64,000 nt of DNA from Armatimonadota bacterium (GTDB taxonomy: Bacteria; Armatimonadota; SYMT01): positions 1-64,000 of the forward strand of contig JAWLHY010000002.1 in the NCBI GenBank assembly GCA_041690135.1, in the 5' to 3' direction. Shown here piece by piece: positions 26,350 through 36,635 of this stretch. The notes under the pieces were generated by a model that was given only the letters and a program-made list of their open reading frames with translations, was not told where the DNA came from and searched no databases. Every line of letters begins with the position of its first letter. Position 1 is the stretch's first letter. The translations under genes were made by a program, and so were the position numbers.

Positions 26350-27285
26350 TCAGATCGCCGTCGGCAGCGGCACCTCCGTCGACCACTCCCGTGCCTCCGG
26401 CGGTGGCGCCAGTTCCCGGAACGACAGCGGGCCCAAATCCACGAGCAGCCGGGCCGTTTCCAGCGGGGCCTCGCACCCGACCTGCTCTGCCGGGAGGCGC
26501 CAGACGCCGCCGTCCTTCGCGAACACCAGGTCGCCGGAACGGCACCAATCGGCCCAATCCAGCGGCCCCAGCGGAATCTCTGCCGCGGTCGCCGGATGGG
26601 TGAGTGCATACTCGACCATGTTCCAACTCCCCCGCCGTTTATGCACTCGCCGATCCGTCATGCGGAGATCCCAGGCAGCCTCTCCACGGGGCTGGGGCCG
26701 GTGCCAGACCGTGGCTGCTTCCTCCCCGTATCCCGCGTTCCGGCACGCGATTTCGCGGCCGTCTTGCACCAGCACCCAGCCATCGCGCCGCAGGCGGGCA
26801 TGGAGGACCGGACGGTCGTCCCCGTAACCGGCGTTCGGTCCGAGTGGGGTGACGGTGAGCTCGCGTGGGACTTCCATCTCCTCCGCCGGAGCAAAGTACC
26901 CCGAGCGGTGGTTCAAGCGAAGGTGGCTCTCCGTGTCAAAGAGGCCGCCTCCCAACGTTCCCGGGTTGGGCCAGAACACCACCGCCGTCAGGTAGGGTGG
27001 GCGGCTGACGGCGGTCCAGGAATAGATGGGAGGCCTCTGGTTGGCAGCGTAGTACACCAGGTGCTTCCCATCCGGCGAGAGATCGCAGTAGCGCTCGTAG
27101 ATCCGGCCCTTCAGCCACTGTCCCGGGTAGAACCGGTCCCGCTCCATATCCCAGGACACGAGTAGCACCTGCTTCGACGGCCCCCGCCGGAACAACACTC
27201 CGACCGGCGCCGCCCGCGCGATGAGCCCATAAATCCGCGGCGCCGGTGTCGTCAGTTGGTCCGGCTTTTCATCCTGGGGGCTCAT
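26350..27285 (-). CDS. Hypothetical protein (partial beta-propeller-like)
   Basis: FRRGPSK, GQWLKGRIYERYCDLSPDG, WTAVSRPPYLTA; SD-like GAAGGG. Confidence 0.75.
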   Translation of the reverse strand: MSPQDEKPDQLTTPAPRIYGLIARAAPVGVLFRRGPSKQVLLVSWDMERDRFYPGQWLKGRIYERYCDLSPDGKHLVYYAANQRPPIYSWTAVSRPPYLTAVVFWPNPGTLGGGLFDTESHLRLNHRSGYFAPAEEMEVPRELTVTPLGPNAGYGDDRPVLHARLRRDGWVLVQDGREIACRNAGYGEEAATVWHRPQPRGEAAWDLRMTDRRVHKRRGSWNMVEYALTHPATAAEIPLGPLDWADWCRSGDLVFAKDGGVWRLPAEQVGCEAPLETARLLVDLGPLSFRELAPPPEAREWSTEVPLPTAI

Positions 27286-27842
27286 CCCTTCAGTCCTGAT
27301 CTAGCCACTCCGCATCGAGTGCTTGGATCCTACCCGGGGTCACCAGAACTCAGGAACTCGATGTCGCTATTGCCAACTCGTGCACGATCCTGCCCTCTGC
27401 CGGGTACATAAGTCCATCTGGAAGCCTTCGGGTTATCGGGGCTACGCGGCCACCGCCCGCGGTCCCTACTTCGCCCGGCACCGGGTACCGTCTTCGGCGG
27501 ACCGGGACCACCTTCTGAACCATGCCGCGGCCCATGGGTCGGGTACCCCCTGGGTGTGGGAAGTCCGAGAGATATCTCCGCCCAAACACCGTCACCATCT
27601 TTCGCTGGTAGCGCCCAAAGGTCATCAAGCGGGCTTCTACCCCCTGCCGCAGATCTCCCCGCCCTTCGTGCACCCCTTTGGCGGGTTTCCACCCATCTTT
27701 CCCACCAGCATCATCCACAGACTCCCGCCCCTTCCGACCATCTTCTAAATCTGCGTCATCTGTGGACTCCCCAGTCCCCTTCAATCTCCTACAATCTGTG
27801 AAATCTGTGGCTCCACCCTGCCGGAATGCGTTCACGGGACCA

Positions 27843-28523
27843 CTACCGCCCGGTAGCCGCACCTTTCAGCTCCGAGGTATCGTCCGCCCCCGCCGGGGCT
27901 CCTTGCGTGGCTCCTTCTATGGCGGGTGGGACGCCGGCGAGCACCATCCCGTGCTCCTCCGGGTCGAAATCTTCCGGCCAGCGAGTCTCCGCGTCGTAGC
28001 AGGCGCCTTCCCACTGCACCCCCTCCAGCAGCGCGCCCACCAGGTTGGCGAAGCAGAGGTCGGCGTTGCGCAGGTCGGCGTTGCGCAGGTCGGCATCCTC
28101 CAGCGAGGCGCCTTCCAGAATACAGCCCTGGAGGCGGGCTTCCTGCAGGTCCACCCCGTCCATCCAGGCGGCCTCGAGGCTCGCCTCGGCGAGACTGGCC
28201 TGGCTGAGGATCGCGTTGCAGAGATCGGACCCTTCCAGGTTCGCCCCCGCCAGGTCGGCATTGCGGAGATCCGCCTCCCGGAGGGAAGCCTCTTCCAACC
28301 AGGCATTCCGGAGAGTGGCCTCGCAGAGGTACGCCTTTTGCAGGTTGGCGTTCTCCAGTTCGGCGCCGTTGAGATTGGCGCCGTTCAGGTCGGCGCCGGA
28401 GAGGTCGCAGTTGCAGAGGTCCGCATCCCGCAGGTTGGCCCCCGCGAGTTGAGCGTTGGCCAGGGAATCCGCTTCGACTTGCAACAGGACGCGTTCCGTC
28501 TCCTTGTGCTTGATCTGGATCAT
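27843..28523 (-). CDS. Pentapeptide repeat protein
   Basis: Long A(D/N)Lxx repeats; C-terminal YDAETRWPEDFDP. Confidence 0.95.
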   Translation of the reverse strand: MIQIKHKETERVLLQVEADSLANAQLAGANLRDADLCNCDLSGADLNGANLNGAELENANLQKAYLCEATLRNAWLEEASLREADLRNADLAGANLEGSDLCNAILSQASLAEASLEAAWMDGVDLQEARLQGCILEGASLEDADLRNADLRNADLCFANLVGALLEGVQWEGACYDAETRWPEDFDPEEHGMVLAGVPPAIEGATQGAPAGADDTSELKGAATGR

Positions 28524-28757
28524 GCGTGGTGGTTCCTAACTCCGGACTTCTTTACTCCAGTTAGGTACCGCGCTTCGCTGCCGGGTAAACGCCCGGTCCC
28601 GCCCCGGTCGCGGCCGCACCGGCAGTTTCTCCATCCCGCCATCGCCTTCCTCGTCCGAAGTACTCCGTGTCGCGGGCGATCTGTCATCCTTTAGGACCAA
28701 CCCCCCGTCGGTTTCACCCCTACACATGAGTGTTTCGCCGGGTAAACTGAAGACCAG

Positions 28758-28783
28758 GGAACCGGATCAGCTTGAACGGCGTC
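28758..28783 (+). promoter_or_regulatory. ECF-type promoter candidate upstream of the KGG gene
   Basis: GGAAC-N17-CGTC. Confidence 0.4.
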
Positions 28784-28979
28784 CTAATAAACAGAAGGGT
28801 GTCCCGAGCCAGGCGGTAAACCGCGCCCCCTGGTAGTCGGTGGTTTAGGGAAAAATCAGCCAGGGAAACAAGGCGCTAGAAGGCGGTAGGGAGTTGTTAG
28901 CACCTAGCTTTCTGGGGAGCTGTCCTTAGAAAGTTACATTAGTAGTACCTAGAAACATTAGAAGAAAGGTGGTAGTACC

Positions 28980-29270
28980 ATGGCCAAGGAAGGCGGCGAA
29001 ATGACCGTCCGCGAGGCCGGCCGGCTGGGAGGGGACAAGCGGAAGAAGACGCTTGGCACCGAGGGATACAGCGAGCTCGGCAAAAAGGGCGGCATGACGA
29101 CCAAAGAGCGACACGGCCCCGAGTTTTACAGCGAGATCGGTCGCAAGGGCGGGGAAGTGGTACGCCGCGAGCGCGGTCCCGAGTTCTTCAGCCAGATCGG
29201 GCGGAAGGGCGGCCAGCGGGTCCGCGAGCTAATCGAGAAAGGTAAGCGCAGCGGCGAAGAAGAGAAGTAG
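28980..29270 (+). CDS. KGG-repeat general stress protein (GsiB/Em-like)
   Basis: MTVREAGRLGG; repeated EFYSEIGRKGG. Confidence 0.93.
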   Translation: MAKEGGEMTVREAGRLGGDKRKKTLGTEGYSELGKKGGMTTKERHGPEFYSEIGRKGGEVVRRERGPEFFSQIGRKGGQRVRELIEKGKRSGEEEK

Positions 29271-29302
29271 CCGGTGCGTTGACATAGATAGACACCCTGA
29301 CA

Positions 29303-29333
29303 GAAGGGGCGCCCGCTGGGGCGCCCTTTCTTC
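29303..29333. terminator. Terminator between the convergent KGG and HEAT genes
   Basis: GAAGGGGCGCCC-loop-GGGCGCCCTTTC. Confidence 0.6.
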
Positions 29334-29342
29334 AGTTTGCAG

Positions 29343-30473
29343 TTACGACACGCGCCTGCCCACGAGCGCCCGCACCCGCCGCACCCACCCCAGGACCGCG
29401 TGGAAGATCCGGTAGCGGAGTAACCCCGTGGTCCGGCATTCCACCGACGGAGTAATCGCCGCTTCCGGAAGTTGGGCGAGCAGCGGCGAAGCCGTAGTCG
29501 CCGGACGTGGCCAGAGGTGCGGCGTCGGCTGCGGTGGACGGGCCGGCAGCGGGAACTGGTCCCACTCCGCCGTGGCGGCCTGAATCGCCCGTAGGGCCGC
29601 GAGATAAGCCTGTCGCGCTTCTTCCCCCTCCGCGGACCAGGGCCGCAGCGCCCGCCGCAAGACGGGTACGGCCGCGCGCAGTCCCAGCAGCCGGTGCCGC
29701 CGTGCGATCCGTTCCAGACCACGGGCCGCTTCCATCCGCACGAACGGGTCCGGATCCCCCAGGCTCCCGGCCAGGGCGCGGATCCCCAATTCCGTCCCAT
29801 CCGCTTCAACCGGGTGTTCCGTTTCGACCGGTCCTTCCGCGACCACTCTTCCCAGGGCCCGGACACATTGCATCCGCATTGCGGGGTCGCCTCCCTCCAG
29901 GGCCTCCACGAGCGCGGGAACCGCGTGCGGATCTCCCAGCCGGCCCAGGGCTTCGGCCACCCAGGAGTGGCAGCCCGGCCGCGCCAGCGCGTTCAACAGG
30001 GCGGGAATCGCCGCGCGTTCACCCAGTCGTCCCAGGGCTTCGGCGGCCCGGCCCTGGACCCAACGGTCCGGATCCTCCAGGGCCGCCGTCAAGCGGGATC
30101 CCATACCGGGAGCCCCGAGACGACCCAGGGCTTCCGCGGCCCGGCCGCGGACCCAGCTTTCCGGGTCGCAAAGCAAAGCGCACAGGGCCGGGGCCGCCCG
30201 CTGATCCGCGAGTTGGCCCAACGTGAGGGCGGCCTGCTCTCGCACCCCGGCCACCGGGTCGTGAAGCGCTTCGACCAGGGGGCCGACCGACGTCGCGTCG
30301 CCCAACCGGGCGAGGGTGGCCGCCGCATGGCGACGCACGCGGCCGTCCGGGTCGGCCAGCGCCTCGCAGAGAGCCTCCACCGCGCGCTCGTCGGTGGTCT
30401 CCGCCAGTTCGGAGGCGGCCCGCCACCGGTTCTCCGGATTAGGGTGCCGGAGCTCGCGGAGCAGGTAGTTCAT
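29343..30473 (-). CDS. HEAT/PBS-lyase repeat protein
   Basis: Repeats of L.D.D..VR..AA.ALG.LG; ATGA overlap with the upstream gene. Confidence 0.9.
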   Translation of the reverse strand: MNYLLRELRHPNPENRWRAASELAETTDERAVEALCEALADPDGRVRRHAAATLARLGDATSVGPLVEALHDPVAGVREQAALTLGQLADQRAAPALCALLCDPESWVRGRAAEALGRLGAPGMGSRLTAALEDPDRWVQGRAAEALGRLGERAAIPALLNALARPGCHSWVAEALGRLGDPHAVPALVEALEGGDPAMRMQCVRALGRVVAEGPVETEHPVEADGTELGIRALAGSLGDPDPFVRMEAARGLERIARRHRLLGLRAAVPVLRRALRPWSAEGEEARQAYLAALRAIQAATAEWDQFPLPARPPQPTPHLWPRPATTASPLLAQLPEAAITPSVECRTTGLLRYRIFHAVLGWVRRVRALVGRRVS

Positions 30474-31501
30474 GGGTCCTCCCCCTTCAGGCGCTGCCAC
30501 CAGCCATCAAGCACGCTCCGGAAGCGCTCGCCCCACGGGCGGGAGAGTGCGGGCTCGCCTTCTTCTCCGTCTCCGCCTACCGTGTCCAGATCGAGGAGAC
30601 TTGCCAGCGGGCGGGGTAGTGTCGTGGTCAGCGGCTGCGGCGGACCGGCGGGAATCGGAGCGGAGTTCACGGAGGGAGAGGGACTCACGCCGGGCAACGG
30701 CAGGTCCTTGAGCGCTGCCGTCTGCCTTTCGATGAGCTCGATGGCTCCCAGGTAGACGCGGCGGCTCTCCGCGGGCTCGAGCAGCCAGCGGCGCTGCAGT
30801 TGTCGCAGCACCGGCAACGAAGCGCGGAGCTCGGGCACCGGCCGTACTTCGGCGATGGCCGCCAGCGCGATGGCGGCTTCCCGGCGGACGAACCCCTCCC
30901 GGTCCTGAAGCACGGCACGCAGCGCGCTCACCGCGGCGGGATCCCCCAGGAGTCCGAGCGCTCCCACGGCGGAGAGCCGGAGCCAGGCGTCCGGATCCCG
31001 CAGCACCCCGCAGAGGGGCGACACCGCGGCCGAGTCGCCCAGCCGGCCCAGGGCCACGGCCGAATTCCGCCGCACGGTGGCGGCGCGGTCCGAGAGGGCC
31101 TCCACCAGGTACGGCACTGCTTCCGGACGGCCGAGACGACCCAGCGCCGCCGCCGTTTCCCGCCGGACCAGGTTGCTGCGATCCTTGAGCAACTCACACA
31201 GTGGCTCTGCTGCGCGGTCATCCCCCAGGCGACCCAGGGCGCCCACCGCGCGCCAGCGGACCTTCCGGTTGGTATCGGAAAGCGCTCCCAGCAGCGGCTC
31301 GAAGGCTTCGGGGTCACGCTGCTTTCCCAGGAGCACCGCCGCTTCCTGCCGCACCTCCGCGGACGGGTCCCGGAGAGCCTGGCTCAGCGATTGCAGCGCC
31401 AGCGGGTCACTGTCTCGCGTCAGGCGACGGAGCGTCCGCGCGCGAACTTTCGGCTCGCGGTGCTCGAGACCTTCGTCCAATTGCGAAGAGAGCTCCATCA
31501 T
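30470..31501 (-). CDS. HEAT/PBS-lyase repeat protein
   Basis: Same repeat motif; start uncertain (31498-31534). Confidence 0.9.
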   Translation of the reverse strand: MMELSSQLDEGLEHREPKVRARTLRRLTRDSDPLALQSLSQALRDPSAEVRQEAAVLLGKQRDPEAFEPLLGALSDTNRKVRWRAVGALGRLGDDRAAEPLCELLKDRSNLVRRETAAALGRLGRPEAVPYLVEALSDRAATVRRNSAVALGRLGDSAAVSPLCGVLRDPDAWLRLSAVGALGLLGDPAAVSALRAVLQDREGFVRREAAIALAAIAEVRPVPELRASLPVLRQLQRRWLLEPAESRRVYLGAIELIERQTAALKDLPLPGVSPSPSVNSAPIPAGPPQPLTTTLPRPLASLLDLDTVGGDGEEGEPALSRPWGERFRSVLDGWWQRLKGEDP

Positions 31502-32057
31502 TCCCAGCATCCCTGCGTCAGGCGAAGTGCCCACTCCGGCTCAGCCGGGGAGGCGGTCCCGGCGGACATGGGATGCAAGAGAATCCCAACATACGGTGCG
31601 TAACAGTGGTTGGGTGAGCCGCGTTTAAGGGAGTGGATACGACAAGCAGCTCTTATTCCGCGGGGTACAAGCCACGCGGAGCCTCGCTCTCTGTATGGGA
31701 GCGGGGCGTCTTTTTGTACCCGCCTGCGACCTCGGCTCACACGCTGCCCCTCCCGCGATCCTCGCCCCATCCCGGGATGGAGTCCACCTCTCCCGCGTCC
31801 GACAGTCCCATGGTAGGATACCGGACCGCCCTGCGGGTCTTGCGCTACACCCATGTTTCCCCCTCGAGTCTCTCTTTTACCCTGAGTGCTCCGCTGTTCC
31901 CGGTGCGTCCCAGCCCGCTCGGCTGTCGCTGCAGTTGCCGACAGCAACGAAACGGGGTAGAAGGAGACGTGGGACCCAACCCGCCGGCAGTGCGGGCCCC
32001 AGTGTGAAACTGTTTATCGACGAACCCCACGGCCATTCCCGCCGGAGTTGATTTTCC

Positions 32058-33269
32058 ATGTCCGACGTGCCCAACGTGACCTCTCGCTCTTCTCTCCCTC
32101 GACGCGCCCTCACGATGGCTCTCCTCGGAGTGCTCGGAGCCCTGGTCGCCGTGCCCCTTTCCGCGCAGCGTACCCAGGCGCCGGTGATCGGGGGAACGCC
32201 TCCCATGCCCAGGCAGCGCGTGCGGCGCAAGGTGGGAGGGGTGAAGATCCAGGTGGTGGCGCAGAACCTGGAAATCCCGTGGGCGCTCCAGTTCTCGCCG
32301 GATGGCCGCATCTTCTTCACGGAGCGTCCGGGCCGCGTGCGGATGATGACGAAGGGGGGAACGCCTACCGTCTACAAGGATCTCACCCAGGTCACCCACC
32401 ACGGGGAAGGCGGCCTCATGGGCATGGCGCTGCACCCCCAGTTTCCCACGGTCCCCTACGTGTATCTCCATTACACGATGCAGATCAGCAAGGACCAGTC
32501 CATTAACCGCGTCAGCCGTTTTCGGGATACCGGTACGACGCTGGCCGATGAAGAGATCCTCATCGACAACATCCCGGCCTCCCAGTTCCATGATGGCGGC
32601 GCGCTGGCCTTCGGTCCGGACGGGATGCTGTACGTGGGAACAGGGGATGCGCGCTCGCCCGGGCTGGCCCAGCAGATCGGCTCGTTGGCCGGAAAGATCC
32701 TCCGGGTGGGGCCGGAAGGGCAGCTTCCGCTCGACAATCCCATCCCCCACTCTCCGGTGTGGGCTTACGGCTTTCGGAACGTGAGCGCCATCACCTGGAA
32801 CCCGGTGACCGGCGAGATGTGGGCCGCCACCCACGGTCCCACCGGGGAGTACCAGAACCTTTACAACCGGGACGCGGTGTACATCGTCCGCAAGGGCGGC
32901 AACCACGGGTGGCCGCTGGTGGTGGGTACGAGTCCCGACCCCGAAATCGTCTCACCCGTGCTCTACTATCCCACCTCCCCCGTCCCGCCCGGAGGCCTGA
33001 TGTTCTATACCGGAGATCGCTTCCCGCGTTGGACGAACAACCTGTTCCTCGCCAGTCTGAAGGCGGAACATATCCAGCGGATCACCGTGGGCGCGGATAA
33101 CCGCATTCTCGGCATCGAACGGTTGTGGACGAAGCGGTACGGGCGGCTCCGGGCGATCGCGCAGGCCCCGGATGGTTCGATCTACTTCACCACCAGCAAC
33201 CGCGACGGACGCCAGCGCCGCCGATACCCCGGCGCGGACCGGATCTATCGCATCCTGCCCAAGCGGTAA
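32058..33269 (+). CDS. PQQ-dependent sugar dehydrogenase (glucose/sorbosone family)
   Basis: PWALQFSPDG, FHDGGALAFGPDG, YGFRN, GNHGWP. Confidence 0.93.
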   Translation: MSDVPNVTSRSSLPRRALTMALLGVLGALVAVPLSAQRTQAPVIGGTPPMPRQRVRRKVGGVKIQVVAQNLEIPWALQFSPDGRIFFTERPGRVRMMTKGGTPTVYKDLTQVTHHGEGGLMGMALHPQFPTVPYVYLHYTMQISKDQSINRVSRFRDTGTTLADEEILIDNIPASQFHDGGALAFGPDGMLYVGTGDARSPGLAQQIGSLAGKILRVGPEGQLPLDNPIPHSPVWAYGFRNVSAITWNPVTGEMWAATHGPTGEYQNLYNRDAVYIVRKGGNHGWPLVVGTSPDPEIVSPVLYYPTSPVPPGGLMFYTGDRFPRWTNNLFLASLKAEHIQRITVGADNRILGIERLWTKRYGRLRAIAQAPDGSIYFTTSNRDGRQRRRYPGADRIYRILPKR

Positions 33270-33345
33270 CCGCTCGCCATTCTTCGCCAACGGTCCTTCT
33301 TGACCGCCCCGGCACCGGGCCGACCGGCAAAGTCACAAGTAACCG

Positions 33346-33972
33346 TCAGCGCCCCGAGTGGGAAGGTGGGCCAGCCTGCGCGACCGGCCCTGGATCGGCG
33401 ACGGTAAACTCCGCCACCCGCCGCCGTTCCAGATTTGGGCCTAGCGTGTAGAGGCGCACCCGTAGGTGTCGGTCTCGACGGAAGCTGGAGTCCAGATCCC
33501 ACGCGCAGATGATCCTGATGCGGTGCGAGGCGCTCGCGAGCCCAGAATTGCGGGGCGTTATCCACGGCACGTCGATGACCCGCTGTTTCTCGATGGGGCG
33601 TTCCGCACCCGCCGTGTCGACGATCACGGCGGTGAGGTACTGTTCGAACCGCAAGCGTCGCTGTGAGGGGCTTGCCGTCCGGAGGACGTGGATCGAGAGG
33701 TGTCCCGGTATCCCACGCAAGTCGACCTGGGTCCACCCCCAACGAGACGCCATTTCCGGGGGAACCAGGGGCGCTAGGGTTTGCTGCCAGGGCCGGCCCA
33801 GAATAACGCGACGCTCTTCTCCCGCGGCAACTGCCACCAACTGCGCCCGTGAGCCATCCGGAAGCAGCCATTCCGGGCTCGTGGGGACGAGCGCCCACAT
33901 GGCAATTGCCGCCGCCAGGAAGCCAGCCACGCACACCGCGAGAATCAAAGTTAGCCTGGAGCTCTTCTTCAC
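33346..33972 (-). CDS. Hypothetical membrane-anchored protein
   Basis: N-terminal TM helix, LPDGS motif; SD GGGAGG before the GTG start. Confidence 0.6.
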   Translation of the reverse strand: MKKSSRLTLILAVCVAGFLAAAIAMWALVPTSPEWLLPDGSRAQLVAVAAGEERRVILGRPWQQTLAPLVPPEMASRWGWTQVDLRGIPGHLSIHVLRTASPSQRRLRFEQYLTAVIVDTAGAERPIEKQRVIDVPWITPRNSGLASASHRIRIICAWDLDSSFRRDRHLRVRLYTLGPNLERRRVAEFTVADPGPVAQAGPPSHSGR

Positions 33973-34145
33973 TCAATGCCTCCCTCACGCGAGTGATCAC
34001 CGCATCCAGACGCCGCCGACGATGCGCGGGTTAGCCGATGCCAATGCCTCTTGGTCCTCCTGGCAGGGTCCGGCCGGCGTGCGGGAGAACATGAGCCCAT
34101 CAACGCCGCAGGTAGTGCAGGTAGTGACGATGCGAGGGGGAGTGC

Positions 34146-35693
34146 GTGGCGCGGTTTACGGTTCTCGATTATGGCCTGTTCGTCTTTTATCTGATCGCTT
34201 CCGTCCTGGTCGGGGTCCTGTTCGTCAAGGAACAACGAACGGTTAAGGACTACTTCCTGGCGGGGCGGAGCATGGGGTACCTGGTGGTCTCCATCTCCGT
34301 CATCGCGGCGCTCTTCTCCGGCATCACCTACCTGGGCGCGCCCGCGGAAGTCTACGCGCACGACCTCTCGTTCTTCCTGGTGGCCCTGAGCTTCTTCATC
34401 GCCACGCCGCTCACCACGGTTCTGTTCTTGCCCTTCTTCTACCACTCGCGGTTCTACACCGCCTACCAGTTCCTGGAAGAACGGTTCTCGGTCGGTATCC
34501 GGACGCTGGCGTCGGTCCTCTTCATCATGCGGGTGCTGCTCTGGCTGGCCCTGGCCACCTATGCCCCGGCCCTCGCCCTGGAACAGGTCACGGGACTCCC
34601 GCTCTGGTTCACCATCGCCAGCACGGCGATCCTCACCACCTTCTACACCACCCTGGGCGGGATGAAGGCGGTGATCTGGACCGACGTGATGCAGTTCGGC
34701 GTTCTCTTCGGCGGCCAGGTGATCATTCTCGTGGTGGCCTTGATGGGCGTGCCGGGCGGCGCGGCGGGAGCCTGGGAGATCGGAGAGGCCGCCGGGAAGA
34801 TCCGCCTCGACTGGAGCCTCGATCCCAGCGTGCGCATCACCTTCTGGGGCCTGGTTATCGGCGGTGCGTTCATGAACCTGGTCCAGATGGCCACGGACCA
34901 GGTCTCCGTGCAGCGCTACCTGACCGCCACCGATCTGAAAGAGGCGCAGCGGTCGCTCTGGCTGAAGCTGTGGCTGACGGTACCGGTCCTGGCCGTCTTC
35001 TATGTCTCGGGGTTGGCCCTCTTCGCCTTCTACCAGAGCCATCCGGACCCCCTCGCCACCGGCGCCATCAAGAAGGCGGACCAGATCCTGCCGTACTTCG
35101 TGATCACCCAGCTCCCCGCCGGGCTTCCGGGGCTCTTGATCTCCGCCATCTACGCGGCGAGCATGTCCACCATTTCCGCCGGGATCAACGCTCTCACCAC
35201 CTGCACGCTGGTCGATATCTACCAGCGCCACTGGAAGCCCGACGCGAGCGAGGACCGGATGCTCATCCTCGCGCGGCAGTTGACGATCGGCTACGGGGCC
35301 GTGGTACTGGTGCTGGCCTTCGTGGTCGAGCGGCTCGGCTCGCTGCTGGAAGTGAGCAATGCGGCCATCGGGCTGGTCGGCGGACCGCTCCTCGGGATCT
35401 TCCTGCTGGGCATGCTCGACCGCCGCGCCCACGCGAAAGGCGCTTTCCTGGGCTGGCTGGCCGGCCTGGTCGTCCTCATTCCCATAGTCCTGGCCAAGAT
35501 CGAGGCCCTGGGGCTGGGCACGCCGGCCTGGCTGAAGGCGCTCCTGGAGCAACCGGGGATCGCCGCGGTGGCGGGCGTGTCTTTCCTGTGGTACGCCGCC
35601 ATCGGCTGCGTGGCCACGTACGCCGTCGGCGCGCTGGCCAGCCGCCTGCTGCCCGGCAAGGCCCATCCCATCCGGCCCGAAGCCGAGGCCTAG
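34146..35693 (+). CDS. Sodium:solute symporter
   Basis: DYFLAGRSM, LGGMKAVIWTDVMQ, DQVSVQRYL. Confidence 0.95.
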   Translation: MARFTVLDYGLFVFYLIASVLVGVLFVKEQRTVKDYFLAGRSMGYLVVSISVIAALFSGITYLGAPAEVYAHDLSFFLVALSFFIATPLTTVLFLPFFYHSRFYTAYQFLEERFSVGIRTLASVLFIMRVLLWLALATYAPALALEQVTGLPLWFTIASTAILTTFYTTLGGMKAVIWTDVMQFGVLFGGQVIILVVALMGVPGGAAGAWEIGEAAGKIRLDWSLDPSVRITFWGLVIGGAFMNLVQMATDQVSVQRYLTATDLKEAQRSLWLKLWLTVPVLAVFYVSGLALFAFYQSHPDPLATGAIKKADQILPYFVITQLPAGLPGLLISAIYAASMSTISAGINALTTCTLVDIYQRHWKPDASEDRMLILARQLTIGYGAVVLVLAFVVERLGSLLEVSNAAIGLVGGPLLGIFLLGMLDRRAHAKGAFLGWLAGLVVLIPIVLAKIEALGLGTPAWLKALLEQPGIAAVAGVSFLWYAAIGCVATYAVGALASRLLPGKAHPIRPEAEA

Positions 35694-36376
35694 GACCGCG
35701 TGCTGACAAACGGATCGGCGGAGAGGAGGGCAGGGGGTTTGTCTCCTTCTCGCGCCTTTCTCGCGAGTTGCCGGAGGTCCAGTTCGGTGGACGGGGTGAT
35801 ATCCGCCTTGAGCACCGTGGCGATCTGCCGCAATGCGTAGGCATTGTCCTCCGGCGTGTTGGAGGCGATGCAGTCGGACGGAACCACCAGGCGGAAGTCG
35901 CGCATGTAGGCGTCGCTCGCCGTGAAGAGCACACAGATATTCCCGGCGAACCCGGTAAGGATCAGCGTCTTCACGGCGAGGTAACTCAGGAGCACGTCGA
36001 GAGTGGTCGAGAAGAAGCCGGAGTGCTTCGGCTTGAGGACGAAGTAATCATCTTTCTCCGGCAGGAGCATACGGCTGATGCCGCAGCCCAGCATCGTCTC
36101 CTGGGTACAGTGCTCGATCAGACGGTGGAAGTCGGACTGCCACCGCCCGAAGTTGTCGTTCACGTAAACGACCGGGATTCCCCCCGCCTTCGCCCGCTCC
36201 TTCAGCGCCGCGATCCGCTGTGCCGCCTCCAGCGCGTAAGGGAGCAACTGCTCCCCTTCCTCGAAGTCGAGGTCGTTGATCACGTCCAGCAGGATCAGCG
36301 CCACCTCCGACTTGTCCGGCACCATCCCATGCAGGTCCTCATTCAACGCAGGCATCCCGGACGTTTGCTCCTCCAT
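35690..36376 (-). CDS. Isochorismatase-family cysteine hydrolase
   Basis: LLDVINDLDF, KPKHSGFF, GNICVLFTA. Confidence 0.92.
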   Translation of the reverse strand: MEEQTSGMPALNEDLHGMVPDKSEVALILLDVINDLDFEEGEQLLPYALEAAQRIAALKERAKAGGIPVVYVNDNFGRWQSDFHRLIEHCTQETMLGCGISRMLLPEKDDYFVLKPKHSGFFSTTLDVLLSYLAVKTLILTGFAGNICVLFTASDAYMRDFRLVVPSDCIASNTPEDNAYALRQIATVLKADITPSTELDLRQLARKAREGDKPPALLSADPFVSTRS

Positions 36377-36635
36377 GAACCTAGGGCGACAGATCGACCT
36401 CTTCCCATTCAAAGGGTCATTGCCTGTTTGAACGGCCGGTAAACCCCACCGAAGCCCCAGTCACCCACCCGGAGACAATCGGCGCTCCCCTTGCAGTTCT
36501 GGTGCCCAACGGCTGGATTAGCGGCGTGTGTCGAAGCCCTCTCCTTTCCCTTCCCACCCTTCCTTCTCTTCCTTCCCCCCTTTGCGGCTTTGCGGCTTTG
36601 CGCGAGACCATCCGCCTTGCGAGAGATTCGTCCCT

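Noticed and set aside
27540-27580. GGAAGTCC as part of an RNase P RNA
   Set aside because: It does not match GAGGAAAGTCC, and no other conserved RNase P elements were found.
31540-32050. ORFs or an ncRNA in the 500-nt gap between the HEAT and dehydrogenase genes
   Set aside because: No protein-like ORF or recognisable RNA motif; treated as a divergent promoter region.
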